DNA from: Mobula birostris
Lineage: Eukaryota
Assembly: GCF_030028105.1 (NCBI RefSeq)
Contig: NC_092376.1
Coordinates: 53,306,935-53,370,934, forward strand
Length of the DNA stretch: 64,000 nt
Direction of reading: 5' to 3'
Notes under the pieces: model-generated
Database searches by the model: none
What the model saw: the letters and a program-made list of their open reading frames with translations, nothing else
Told to the model about the DNA's origin: nothing
Shown: positions 37,384-49,672 of the stretch, one piece after another
How positions within the stretch are numbered: position 1 is the stretch's first letter
Layout: each line of letters begins with the position of its first letter
Made by a program: the position numbers and the translations under genes

Positions 37384-38901
37384 ATGCCAAGAAAAGATTT
37401 GACCCTGGCCGAAAAAATTACGGTACTGGACCAGATTAAAAGCCATCCGCCTAACACCACTCATCGTCAGCTGGCAGTGATAACTGGAGTGCCAAAATCT
37501 ACAATTGCACGCTTGATACAACAGCAAGATAAACTGCGAGAAGAATGGGCATTATGTGAGGGACAGCAGGGAACATCCCAAAAACGAAAGCGTGAAGGTA
37601 AGAATCCAGATGTTGAAAAGGCCCTCAATCAATGGTTTTCCGTGGTAACCGGACGAGGTGTGAGAGTCAGTGGACCAATGTTAAAAAACAAATCAGAGGA
37701 GTTGGCTAAGAAGCTGGGCCACAGAGATTTTAAAGCAACAGATGGTTGGTTATCTCGCTGGAAGTGTAGGCATCACATTCAATTCAAGAAAACACATGGA
37801 GAGAAAAGTGGTTCTGATGCTTTAAATGCAGAGGCATGGAAATCTACAAAACTGCCAGACTTGCTTCAAAAATTTTGTGCAGATGATATCTACAATGCTG
37901 ACGAAACGGGCCTTTTTTATCGTGCCATACTATCAGGTACAAAGAAAGCAATAGATCGCATAACGGTCTTGTGTTGTTCAAATATGTCGGGGACTGATAA
38001 AAAGAAACTGTTGGTTATTGGAAAAAGTGTTAAGCCTCGGTGCTTTAAGGGGCTAAGAATGGATAGTTTACCAATCGAATACTATGCTAATAAGAATGCG
38101 TGGATGACTTCTGACATTTTTAAGAATTGGCTGATGAGTTGGGATATGGAGCTACAGCGGAAATCAAGAAAAGTTCTTCTCCTTGTTGACAATTGTGCAG
38201 CATACCCTAATGTAGAATGTTTGAAAAACATTCAGCTGGAATTTCTGCCTGCCAGTAGAACATACTTGGTACAGCCAATGGACATGGGGATCATAAAAAA
38301 ATTAAAGACACTGTATCGCAGAAAATTGGTGAACCACATTCTTGAAGCAATTGAAGAAAATCTACTGACATCTTCTGCAACAGCCAAGGAAGTGTGTGCA
38401 AGGGTTAATCTTTTACATGCAATACAGTTTGTCACTGATAGTTGGCGAGAAATAAGCAGTAAAACAATTCAGAACTGTTTTGCTCTTTGCGGTTTCAAGC
38501 ATTCAGGCTTTGAGATGACAGAAATGGCCGGGAGTGAAAATGAAACGATTTCAGTACTTGAGCAAGTTGGAAACTGTGAAGAATTTGAAGGTATCAACAA
38601 TCATCTTGAATGTTACAATGAAAATGAAGATTTGGAGGATGCAATCGTTGAAAGCATTGTATCAATACACCAAGGCAGGAAATATGAAGATGAGGAAAGT
38701 GATCAAGATGACACATCTGAACCTGAGCTAGTGACTACACAGGATGCCAGGAAATTCATTGTGGGATTACAACGCTATTTCATGCAGGAAGGCAATGAAG
38801 GCAGTCCACTATCTGCACTAAGTGTCTGTGCTGATTTTGTTCACTTACAGTCAATCAAAAGAAAACGGCTGCGTACACTAGACGAATTTCTCCGTCGATG
38901 A
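37384..38901 (+). CDS. pogo/Tigger transposase-derived protein (TIGD4/6/CENP-B-like), copy 1, 505 aa
   Basis: Open ORF: N-terminal HTH (LTLAEKITVL...GVPKSTIARLI), CENP-B HTH (FKATDGWLSRWKCRH), DDE_1 domain NADETG / LVDN / QPMD (DD30D), acidic tail; acceptor tttcag at 37371 and gccaagATG context. Confidence 0.9.
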   Translation: MPRKDLTLAEKITVLDQIKSHPPNTTHRQLAVITGVPKSTIARLIQQQDKLREEWALCEGQQGTSQKRKREGKNPDVEKALNQWFSVVTGRGVRVSGPMLKNKSEELAKKLGHRDFKATDGWLSRWKCRHHIQFKKTHGEKSGSDALNAEAWKSTKLPDLLQKFCADDIYNADETGLFYRAILSGTKKAIDRITVLCCSNMSGTDKKKLLVIGKSVKPRCFKGLRMDSLPIEYYANKNAWMTSDIFKNWLMSWDMELQRKSRKVLLLVDNCAAYPNVECLKNIQLEFLPASRTYLVQPMDMGIIKKLKTLYRRKLVNHILEAIEENLLTSSATAKEVCARVNLLHAIQFVTDSWREISSKTIQNCFALCGFKHSGFEMTEMAGSENETISVLEQVGNCEEFEGINNHLECYNENEDLEDAIVESIVSIHQGRKYEDEESDQDDTSEPELVTTQDARKFIVGLQRYFMQEGNEGSPLSALSVCADFVHLQSIKRKRLRTLDEFLRR

Positions 38902-39535
38902 CTATTAGGAACTAATACAGTTTTATTGTACTGTAGTTGTATTGCTAGTGTTCTAATTTGTTCTGTATTTCATTTAAATACATAATTTGTTACTCAGTTA
39001 AAAAGTAGTTTGTCTTTTTATATCTTTTTAAATAGTTCCATGAAACTTCGGCATAATTGGGCCAAAATGTGCACCAATTGACCAGACTCCACTATATTAC
39101 CATTTTAATAGTTTGCCCACTGACTTAATTAGGTCAATAATTGTGAATAGTTGAAAATATTATAATGGAATATTCATTTAACACATTTTATAATTAGAGA
39201 CATTTCATTTTCTAGTGGTCTGCACAATTTTTGGATGGGTGAGAGTTGTTTCCTGAACACTGGTAATTCGACAAAAACAGAAGCTTAACTGAGGTGAGAT
39301 GTAGGAATCAAATATCTAGTGTCATTAGTCTGTTCCTGTATTATGTTAATTTTTTCAAATTTATTGCCTTAAGCATACCTACACAGGTATATTAGTTTTA
39401 TTTTGTGGCAGTAGCACTGTACATTACGATTAATATTTATGTTGTAGTGGAAGGTCCCAGTTAATTGTGTTTTATAGTAAAGCATACGTATACATAATTC
39501 GTGATCTATAATTTTACTGTGCTGTAAATATAGTA

Positions 39536-40302
39536 GACACTGCTCAATTTGGGCAGCACTTAAAGAACAAAAACTAATCAAGAAAATAGCTGGGATTTCC
39601 CTGCATTTATTTGGGACACTATACCACTTAATTAGCACAAGAGGCTGTTGCTGAATGGTTTCTAACTAGCATCAATCGCGTGTTATGTATGGCTGTTAGA
39701 CACTATACTGTGCTTAGAATAAAGTTGCGTGTGCTTGTGATCAAAAAGCAGTGATTTTTGGCGCTGATAGCTGGTGAGAAGTAAGCAGTAGGATAATTCA
39801 GAATTGTTTTGTTCACTACGATTTCAAGCATTCAGGCTTGAACGTGCCAGAAATGGCCAGCAGTTAAAGAGGAACAATATCTGGTCTTCAACGAGTTAGA
39901 AGCTACAAAGAATTCGGAGGTATCGACAATCATCTTGAACGTTACAATTAAAATGAAGATTTGTAGGATGCAATCGTCTAAAGCACTGTTTAAAGGCAAT
40001 CCATTATCTACATTGGGTATCTGTGTTGATTTTGTTCATTTGCAGTCAATCAAAAGAACTCGGCAGCGTGCACTCAATGAGTTCCTCTGTTGATTATTGG
40101 GAACTAGTATAGTTTTATAGTATCCTATTAGTATTTGTATTCTAATTTGTTCCATAATTCATTTAAATACATTATTTGTTACTCAGTTAAATGGTAGTTT
40201 GTTTTTATTTTGTACCTTTTTAACTCTATGAAACTTCAGCTAATTGGGACAACCACTAAATTGAGCAAAAATGTACTGGTCCCAATTAACTGGAATCCAC
40301 TG
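39536..40302 (+). mobile_element. Non-autonomous internal-deletion derivative of the same Tigger family
   Basis: Matches the 5' UTR and 3' ORF end of the Tigger gene; ends cccaattaactggaatccactg+TA; left end lost. Confidence 0.85.
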
Positions 40303-40360
40303 TATACAGATGTTGGTTGGGGGAAAGAAACAGGTTCATTTGAGGTTCCACAAGTTGTGA

Positions 40361-40438
40361 TTTCCCTTTTGTCTCTTTCACCACAGCTTGCAATAATTTC
40401 TTCCCAGAACTGAGATTCATCACTGGGTTTGCAAATTC
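40361..40438 (-). pseudogene. Truncated duplicate of DYNC2H1 coding exon 4, followed by a duplicate of the adjacent intron (to ~41520)
   Basis: ag|GICKPSDESQFWEEIIASCGERDKRE vs GILEPSDEFQFWAEVAASSGETAKRE; 40440-41520 aligns to ~5925-7020. Confidence 0.9.
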
Positions 40439-41596
40439 CTTCCAAAACATAAATAAAATGTATGGTATAATGCATGGTATTAAGTCACATTTCACATGTT
40501 CAAAAGAATCGAAACTGGCACAAAGCTGGAAACTTGCAGATTATATTATTTGAACCAAAAAACAAATGTGAATCAATCTTTTTGTGAACATAATTTTGTT
40601 TTGTATTAATCCTAAAGTTGAACTCATCTTCCTATTGGATCTCCTACATTTGAAAACCTCTTTGTAGTCTGTCCCTCCCCAGGCATAAGAGACATACAAT
40701 ATAGCAAATGGTTGTGGAAAGCTGGAGGATTTGGAAGCTATTAAAAGCCTACAGAAGGCAACTTAAAGCAATAAGCAAGGAATGGATGAAATGTGAAGGT
40801 AAGCTAGCCAATATAAGAGGACAATAAAAGATTTTTTAGGCGTATATGAAGAGTAAAAGTTATACAGGAGTGGACATCAGACTGCTGAAAAATGATGCAG
40901 GAGAGCTCGTAATGGGGAGCAAAGAAATAACAAACTGAATAAGTATTTTATGTCAGTCTTCACTGTGTAAGACTCCAGCAGTATGCCAAAAATTTGATAG
41001 AAGTAAGAAATCCTATTAATAAGGAGAAGGTGCTTGGGAAGCTGAAAGATCTGAAGTCACTTCAATCAGATGGACTACATTCCAGGGTTCTGAACAAGGT
41101 AGCTAAAGAGATTGTGGAGGTATTGGTAATGATCATTCAAAACTCACTAGATTTCTGGAGGACTGAAAATTGCAAATGTCACTCCACTCTAAGAAGAGGG
41201 CCAAAGCACAGTAATTTATAGCTCAGTGTTGGGTAAGATTGTTAGATTCTTTTATTACGAATGAGGTTCACATGTATTCTGAACACACAGTAAAACAGGC
41301 TGAAGTCAGCATGGGTTTCTTAAAGGGAAATCTTGCCTGACGAATCTGTTGGAGTTTTTTTGAGGAAATAATAGGCAGGGTTGACAAAGGAGAGTCAGAG
41401 GATGTTTGTATGGATTCTTAGAAGGCCTTTACAAGGTATCACATTTGAGGGTGTTAAATAAACCCATGGTTTACTGGAAAGATGGTAGCATGGTAGGAGA
41501 TTACCTAAAAACAAAGTGGGAATAAAAGGGGCCTTTTATGGTTGGCTGCTGGTGTTCCACAGCGATCACTGTTGTGTCCACTACCTTTCATGTGTA

Positions 41597-41663
41597 CAGT
41601 AATGTGCAAAAGTCTTAGGCACTGTAGCTATATCTATGTGCTTAAGACTTTTGCATAGTACTG
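41597..41663. mobile_element. Tiny Tc1-type MITE/hairpin
   Basis: cagtaatgtgcaaaagtcttaggcac ... gtgcttaagacttttgcatagtactg. Confidence 0.65.
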
Positions 41664-43639
41664 TCTTTATCAATATGGAATGGAGACAGTTTGTAAATCT
41701 GGCAGGAGCAAAGGATGTTGAGAATGATAAGGGAGGAGCACCACAGGTGTGGTGTGGGACAGGTTGCAGAGAAGGGGTTGGGGGGGGGGGTTGGTGTGGA
41801 TGCAGACACACCTATCCCTAGAACACCAGGCAAGGGCAGTTTTGGGCTGAATATGTAAGAAAGGGTGGACTGGCATTCAAGAAGATCGACCAGGAGGTTC
41901 ACAAGAATGAATCTGGAAATGAAAGGGTTAATATATGAGGTGTGTTGGATGGCTCTGAGCCTGTTCTTGCTGGAGTTGGGAAGAATGAAGGGAGATCTAA
42001 GTGACACCTACTGAGTATTGAAAGGCTTGGATGGAGAGGATGTTGCTAGTAGTGGGGGTGTCTAGGATACAGAAGGTACAGAGTCCTTGATAGTACATAT
42101 CTTGTGCATCATCTTGTCAAAAGCATTCTGAAAATCCAAACAAACAACATCTAGTAACTCTACATTGTCTACCCTGCTTGTTTCTTCCTACAAAAAGTGG
42201 TGGATACAGCTCAGTCCATTTAGGGTAAAGCCTACTCCATCATCGTTGCAGGAAGGCAGCAGCTATCATCAGGGACCCTCACTGCCTGGGTCACGCTCTC
42301 TTCACACTGCTGCCATCGGGACAGAGATACAAGAGCCTCAGGACTCACACCACCAGGTTCAGGAACAGTTATTACTGCTGAAGCATCAGGCTCTTCCCTC
42401 AACTTCATGTGCCACATCATTGAAATGTTTCCACAATCTAGGGCTCTTAATCTCATGTCCACAATTTATTATTTATTTATTATTATTATTTATTTTGTTT
42501 TGTATTTGCATAGTTTGTCTTTTGCACACTGGCTGAACACACAGGTTTGTGTGGTCTCTACTTGATTCTATTATGGTTATTATTCTATTATAGATTTATT
42601 GAGTATGCCACAAGAAAATGAAACTCGGTTGTGAATGGTGACAATAAATTTACTTGAACTTTGAATCATCTGGTGAGATCTCCCTTTAAGGAATCCATGC
42701 TTCTAAATAACTTGAACTCTCATCCTTAATAATGAACTCTGAAATCCTAACAACCACTGAAGTCAGACTAACTGGCCTATAATTTCCTGTCTTTTATCCC
42801 CTCCCTTCTTAAAAGACTGGAGGGACATGGTGACTTTCCAGTCCACTTTAACCATTTCTGACTCTAGTGATTCTCGATAAATCACTAATACTGGGTCCAG
42901 AATCTCTTTAGCTCCTTCTTTCAGAACCTTGGAGTGAAGTAAATCTAATCTAACTGGGTTATCCACCTTCAAACCTTGGAGCTTCCTAAGCATCTTCTCT
43001 GTAATAATTGACTACTCCTGACTCGACTTTCTGGCACGTTGCTAGTCTGTTCCACAGAAATGCAAAAAAAATTAATGTTTGTTTGCCATTTCTTTGTTCC
43101 CCTTTGCTGCAACGCTAGTGGCATTTTGCAGTGGTCCAAAGTCCTCTCTCGCCTCTCTCCTACTCTTCCATTTCAATTTCTTACTAATTTCTTTGTGTAG
43201 GATACTAAGGTTTATACCACTGTGGTGTAGCAAGTTGCAGTAGTGCAGTGTGAATACTTTTGTCTAATGTAGTTTGAGAGGGAGAAGCTAAAATTGGATG
43301 CATTGGTATTACAGGTAACAGCATATACATGAGAGGAGCTGACCAATGTAGATTGGAAGAGGACCCTAGCGAGGATGATAGCAGACCAGTAGTGGCAGGT
43401 CTACCTTCCACTAAATCTGTAAAAACCTCTGATCCTCTTTTATATTATTATCATAAGGACAGAAGTATTCACACTGCATTATCGCGACATACTATACTGT
43501 TGTGATACAACCCATAGCATCCCCTGCAGAGAAATTAGTAAAAAATTGAAATGGAAGAACATGCAAGACATTAAAAAATTAATATTGAAAAATCTAGTAT
43601 TACAGACAAGATTAACTGTCTTCTGTTTTGTAAGCATTG

Positions 43640-44680
43640 CTCATGATTTTATGCAACCTGCTTCAAGCAGGCTTTAATCATACCGTTGCCCAAGAAAAGT
43701 GTGGTTACCTGCCTCAATAACTGTCATCCAGTTGCACTTATATCCACAGTGATGGAAGTGTTTTGAGAGGCTGGTGATGAAATATATAAGCATACATCAG
43801 GATGCTCTTTATCAATTACAGCTCAGCATTAAATACCATCTTCCCTCAAAACCAATCAGTAAACTACCAAGACCTGGGTCTCAAATACCCCCTTGTGCAA
43901 ATGGTTTCTGGATTTCCTCACTTGCAAACCCCAGTCATTTTGGATTGGCAGAACTATCTCCTGCATAATCTCCATCAGCACAAGTGTACCACAGGGGTAT
44001 GTACTTAACCCCCTCCTCTACTCATTTTACACCTATGATTATGTGCCTAAATACAGCTCCAACACCATATTCATGTCTGCTGAGGACACCACTTGTGAGT
44101 AGTGTCATTATAACAGCCTCTCACTCAATGTCAGCAAGACCATAGTACTGATTGTAGACTTCAGGAGAAGGAACCAGAGGTCCATGAGCCAGCCTTCAGA
44201 GGTGGAGAGGGTCAGTAACTTTAAATTCCTGCATGTTACTATCTCAGAGGACCTGTCCTGGACTCATCATATAAGTGTAATTGCAAAGGAAGCATAACAG
44301 CACCTCTACTTCCTTTGGAGTCTGCGGAGATTTGGCATGACATCAAAAACTTCGACAAACTTATATAGATATGTAGTACAAAGTGTATTGACTAGCTGCA
44401 TTACTGCCTGGTATGGGAATACCAATGCCTTTGAACTGAAAATTGTACAAAAGGTGGTGCATTAGGCCCAGTACAACACAGGTAAAGCCATTGAGCACAT
44501 CTACATGAAACACTGTCATAGGAAAGCAGCATCCATCAAAGATCCTCGCCACCCAAGCCATGCTCTTTTCTCACTGCTGCCATCAGGTAGCAGGTACAAG
44601 TGCCTCAAGACTCGCATCACCAAGCTCATGGACAGTTACTACCCCTCAACCATCAGGTCTTGAACTAAAGAGAATAATTA
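43640..44680 (+). mobile_element. Rex1/Babar-like LINE fragment
   Basis: MLFINYSSALNTI, CKWFLDFLT, VPQGYVLNPLLYSFYTYDYV. Confidence 0.75.
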
Positions 44681-46546
44681 CTCTCATCTATTGAGATGTT
44701 CCCACAGCAGATAATTTCACTTTAAGGACTCTGTCTTGTTTTTTTGTATTCTCGTTTTTTTGTATTCTCATTATTTATTCCTATTTATTTATATTTGTAT
44801 TTTCACAGTTTTGTCTTCTATGCTGTACGTGATCTTTCATTGATCTTGTTTACAGTTACTATTATATAGCAGGAAAAAGAACTCAAGGTTGTATGCGGTA
44901 AATACCGATAATAAAATTTACTTTGAACTCAGAGGTTTTTTGTATGTCAGACATACAATTTTTTTCTTTACAGATAATCTTCATTGAGAATTTAAATTAT
45001 TTACCCCAATATAGATTCTCTTATATTTAATTTCACGCAACAACTTTAAACTGTAAATCTTCTCATTTCTCATCATTCAATAAGAATTTTAAATCCCTGT
45101 TCCTTGTCATTACGCTCTTAAACACATTCCCTTCTTTTTAAAACACTTAATAACTTTTACAATCATATTTCTTGTAATTTCCTCAGTTTTAGTGGAAATA
45201 TTTCAATGACCCAACTTTATCTTTAGAACTAAAGTTTCCCATTTTTAGCATTATCTTGTAGTATGTTGTAGATTCAAAATCATATAGCATGGATCTTGAC
45301 CCAAAAAGTCTAAATTCCATTTCCTCTACAGTACTGAGAGGCAGCAACTCTACCAACAGCTCAACTATGCCACTCATTACCCTTATTCCTAGTCTAATTT
45401 ATCTTTTTCCGTAACTACTTTGAAATATATGGAGTTATGGTCACTATATCCATAATGCTCCCCCAAGACAATCCCTTCAACTGACCTACTACATTCCCTG
45501 AGACAGGGCCCATTAATGTTCCATCCCTCATTGGTCTATCTGCATGCAGCTTCAAAAAATCTCTCCTGGAATTCACCTAAAAATTCCACTCTTTTATGCC
45601 AAGCCAATCACGGTTAGTACAAGGGGATTTTAATTTCTCAAATACCATAACAATTGTTAATCACATCTCTCTGCCAGTTGCTCACGTATCTGCAATGCGT
45701 TACCAGCTCATATATACAACTTCATAATAGAATTCTATTCAGTTCTTTTTTGGCGAGTGGCGGCATGGTCTAGGCCGCGAGGCTTTCGCAGTACGACACG
45801 CTGCTTTAGACAATTTAAATACCAGCGCAGACTGGGGACGAGAGCCGATTTCGCTCGCTCTCGGCGATCTTCACTCCTCTCTCCAGTGCGCGCAGCCTTC
45901 CACTGGTCCATTGTTGGGTCAACTTAAATGCCGGGCCAGACAGACTGAAAATACAGGGTGTTGGGACAAGAGTCGATTTCGCTCGTTCTCTGCAGTGGCC
46001 ATCTCCATGGCGCTGAAGCGATGAGGACTGCCCCAGCTGCTGTGCCCGCTAATATGATGAACTGATAAGCAAGAATCAGAGGACTCAATTTTGGTTCAGA
46101 ATGCTATTGTTCACTTCAATTGTTTGCGTAATTTTTTTTCCTTTAACTTATGCATTGAGTGTTTCTTTTTTTTCTTTAATTAGGTTGTTTAAGGTTTCTT
46201 GCTTTGGGGCTACATGTGAGCAAGCAAATCTCAAGGTTGTATAATTTATAAATTCATTGACAATAATTAAATCTTATGTATCCAGCTCCAAGCTCCCTCT
46301 GTTCCAAATCATTTTCCAATACCGTATCATTTAAACTTCACACACAAGTACATTTACACATCTCCAAGTTAAAGCTTCACAAGATCTAAGCACCTTAAAA
46401 CAAGTACTTGTAGCAAAAAGTAGGATTGGTAGGACAAGTTTCAGAGTAGACTGTACAACATTGTAGCGTCAGCTAAGTCTCTAAACAAGCAAAACTATAC
46501 CTTCCTTATGAGTTCACTATTACTGATCTAAGAGAGAAAATACGTA

Positions 46547-46702
46547 TGAGGGGTGATTGATAAGTTTGTGGCCTAAGGTAGAAGGAGATGAGTTATACAG
46601 CTGTCGTTACATGCACATGCAGGTCAACTCTAAGTGATTATGCAGAAAGTTCGAAGTTAATCATCTTCTACCTTAGGCCACGGACTTATCAATCACCCCT
46701 CG
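46547..46702. mobile_element. Mariner-type MITE
   Basis: ~38-bp TIRs gaggggtgattgataagtttgtggcctaaggtagaag / reverse complement; TA TSD. Confidence 0.85.
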
Positions 46703-47124
46703 TAGAATACAAAAACAAAAAAGTCACAATGTATGCCAGTGTCACAACAACCCGAGTATTGCATCAATACTGGGCACCACGGCTTTTTAAAAAGCGGTTC
46801 TAAAAGGATATAGAAGAGATTTACTAAAATTATTTTAAGACGGTGGGCGTGGATTTATGAGAAAAACTGAACCAGTTCACCTTGGATCCGAGGAAGTTAC
46901 AAAGGGATCCAAGAGCTATTTATAAAACATGCAAGGTATTGACAGACCAGATGAAAGCAATCAGAAGTGTCAAGAGGAAAACTATTTCTCTACATACAAG
47001 AAGCGTTCGTGCAACGAGGATTCATTCAACCGAACTGTTCAAATCCGAGCGAGGTAACTATGTGAAAGAAAAGCAAAGCTACAGATAATGGGCTTCAGAG
47101 CGGATTTTTGTTGCGTAAAACAAT

Positions 47125-47580
47125 AGAAAACCATAGGAAAACTACAGCACAGAAACAGGCCTTTTGGCCCTTCTTGGCTGTGCCGAACCATTTTCTGCCT
47201 AGTCCCACTGACCTGCACACGGACCATATCCCTCCATACACCTCCCATCCATGTATCTGTCCAATTTATTCTTAAATGTTGAAAAAGAACCCGCATTTGC
47301 CACCTCATCTGGCAGCTAATTCCATACTCCCACCACTCTCTGTGTGAAGAAGCCTCCCCTAACGTTCCCTTTAAACTTTTCCCCCCCTTACCCTTAACCC
47401 ATGTCCTCTGGTTTTTTTCTCCCCTTGCCTCAGTGGAAAAAGCCTGCTTGCATTCACTCTATCTATACCCATCATATTTTTATATACCTCTATCAAATCT
47501 CACTTCATTCTTCTACGCTCCAGGGAATAAAGTCCTAACCTATTCAACCCTTCTCTGTAACTGAGTTTCTCAAGTCCCGA
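47125..47580 (-). mobile_element. Young-looking CR1 3' end, present in unit 2 only
   Basis: Typical CR1 3' terminus; absent at the homologous position near 34610. Confidence 0.7.
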
Positions 47581-47689
47581 CAATGTTTTTCTTGCGATTC
47601 TTTTTCTTTGAACTTTGATTCATTTGAACGTTAAACTTCTAAAAAGGACAGCAAAATATTGGAATGAAATCCCAGCATCACTCCTTTCG

Positions 47690-49082
47690 GCATTAAAACA
47701 TTTGAAGTTTATCCGCCTCGGCATATGGTAACACAACGGCCCGTCACGGTTCAGCTTGACCCTGTTGGACCGGTGAGCACAGTGGGTGAAACTCACTTTG
47801 GCTCAGTTCAAACCTCGCCGTTTCCATTACGTTCCGCGTCTGGACGAGGAAAATCTCCACAACACCGCATTACAGGTGTAAATAAATTCAAAGCTCACAG
47901 AATTGGGAAACAGGGTTTAAAAACGCAAACAACAGGAATTCTGCAGATGCTGGAAATTCAAACACACATAAAAGTTGCTGGTGAATGCTGCCTGGCCTGC
48001 TGCGTTCACCAGCAACTTTTATGTGTGTTGCTGGGAAGCAGGGTTGGTCAGCGCGTCTGTAGCAGAAAAAAAACGACGGTTGGATGTACAGAATAATATC
48101 ATACTCACAGCGCTGGGCTCCAACTCCGCTCCTGTGGCGCGAGTTCAGCCCGAAACCTGCGCTTGGCGGTGGCATCCCAGATGGGGAAATGTCTTCCCCT
48201 TGGGCAGTGATTTGTTTGCAGGGGGGTGACAATTACCAGCGGCCGCTCTCTGCTGCCGTGGGTTATTTCAGTCTACAGGGTCAATGCAGCCTATGTCAGG
48301 CCTGCCACTCAATGCGCTTGTCTCAGCAGCGCCCCGGTTGCAACCCTCGCTCCCCCTACAGTGCGCGCTGTCGGGCAGTGGCTGCGCCGACCTTGTCCCT
48401 CAGCCCCGGAAGTGATCGCAGTGTCGTTGTTGGAGTCGCCGAGACCGAACTGTAGAGGCAACGCGGGGAGCGGATAAACGCCGCGTGTTCCCGGCTGCCC
48501 GGAGCGGCGGGGTGACAGGTGCAGCCGCGATCTCACCGTCCGACCCACCGTTTGGCTGTCGCCCGCTATCCTTCCGTCGGCTGTTTTCCATGATTCCGGC
48601 CCGGATGTCCCCTCTGGGCTGATGAGTTAGTCGATGCTTCCCCCGAGGCGGCGGGTCGGGTTCTGACAGCAGAGCGTCTGGTTCGGAGCCTCGTCATGTC
48701 CTCTCACTGCCCGGCCCGGGCCAGCCCAGCCCGCCCTCTCACTCGGTGGTCTGCTCCGGGAGCCTATTGAGTGTTGGTTATGGGGGAGGGGTGTATCCGC
48801 TGCGCGATGGGATCACGTAGCGAAAAGGCGATTTCTTTGTCAGACCCGGCCCCAAACGCCCGAAACCCACTCCTTTCTTGTCCAGTATTAGAGTGGCCCG
48901 GTGGCTACTCGGAAGTTCGTGTCGGGGGTCGGTTATGTTGCCCAGTAACTACTGGAGCTTTAAGTCTTCAGTTAGACATCCTGGAAGCGATGCAGAGCGA
49001 AATCTTATTGGAACTTTGTTTTCCGATCTGAATCTAGGTCATGCACTCATTCAGGATGGCCGCCGAATGTGAAATAATTTAT
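47690..49082. promoter_or_regulatory. CpG-island promoter, copy 2 (ETS-CRE core deleted)
   Basis: 48152-49082 matches 35280-36210 at constant offset 12872; the segment equivalent to ~34920-35205 is missing and replaced by a short palindromic repeat. Confidence 0.75.
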
Positions 49083-49616
49083 TCCAAAACGGTGCCCCTT
49101 CTCATTTGGAGCGGATGCAGCTTGTCAAAGGTCCGTTCAGGCGGCAGCTCCTGGTGGGATCTGGTGCCTTCTCTTCACCAATTACAAATTGTGCAGTTAG
49201 TCAACATCGTAGAGTTTATCATAAGATTGAACAGTATTTTGGGGATTGCTGATGAAGCTTTCAGAGAATTCATGTCGAATTCTACTGTTTTGTTTGTCGC
49301 GTTTATATATAAAAAGGAAAATATTGCTCTCAGGGTCTGTGAGTTATTATTTCAAAAGCAGTCAAATGAACCATTGCCTTATTCGCGAATCAATTTAAAT
49401 TCGTATTAGGTCTGTGTTATTTTTCTTGTTTCTTCTTTCTGCTTCTCCGCTCACGATTTGTTCTGCAGCATTCCGTACGAAAACGTAACTAGGCCAGAGT
49501 TTGTATAATACATTTTCTATTTTCGTTTAAGCATGTAGGTGTTGTTTCATAATTATAGGTAAGGGTTTGTACACAGATAGCCGTCTTTAACACTATCTCA
49601 TTGTAATGTTTTCTAG

Positions 49617-49668
49617 TGAGACTGACTCATACTGGAGGACTATCCGATATCTCACCAACAATTGACGG
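49617..49668 (+). other. Small internal exon, copy 2 (52 nt)
   Basis: ttttctag|TGAGACTGACTCATAC...GACGG|gtaaga. Confidence 0.65.
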
Positions 49669-49672
49669 GTAA

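Larger units (their letters stand above)
36801..39094 (+). mobile_element. Full-length Tigger element with damaged TIRs, copy 1
   Basis: Right TIR ...ccaattgaccagactccacta then TA; left TIR truncated (tggatttgtggttaattggg); flanks rejoin at the empty site 61344. Confidence 0.85.

Noticed and set aside
40236-40475. Functional second dynein gene
   Set aside because: Only about two thirds of exon 4 is present, with no donor, and no copies of coding exons 1-3 were found in units 2 or 3
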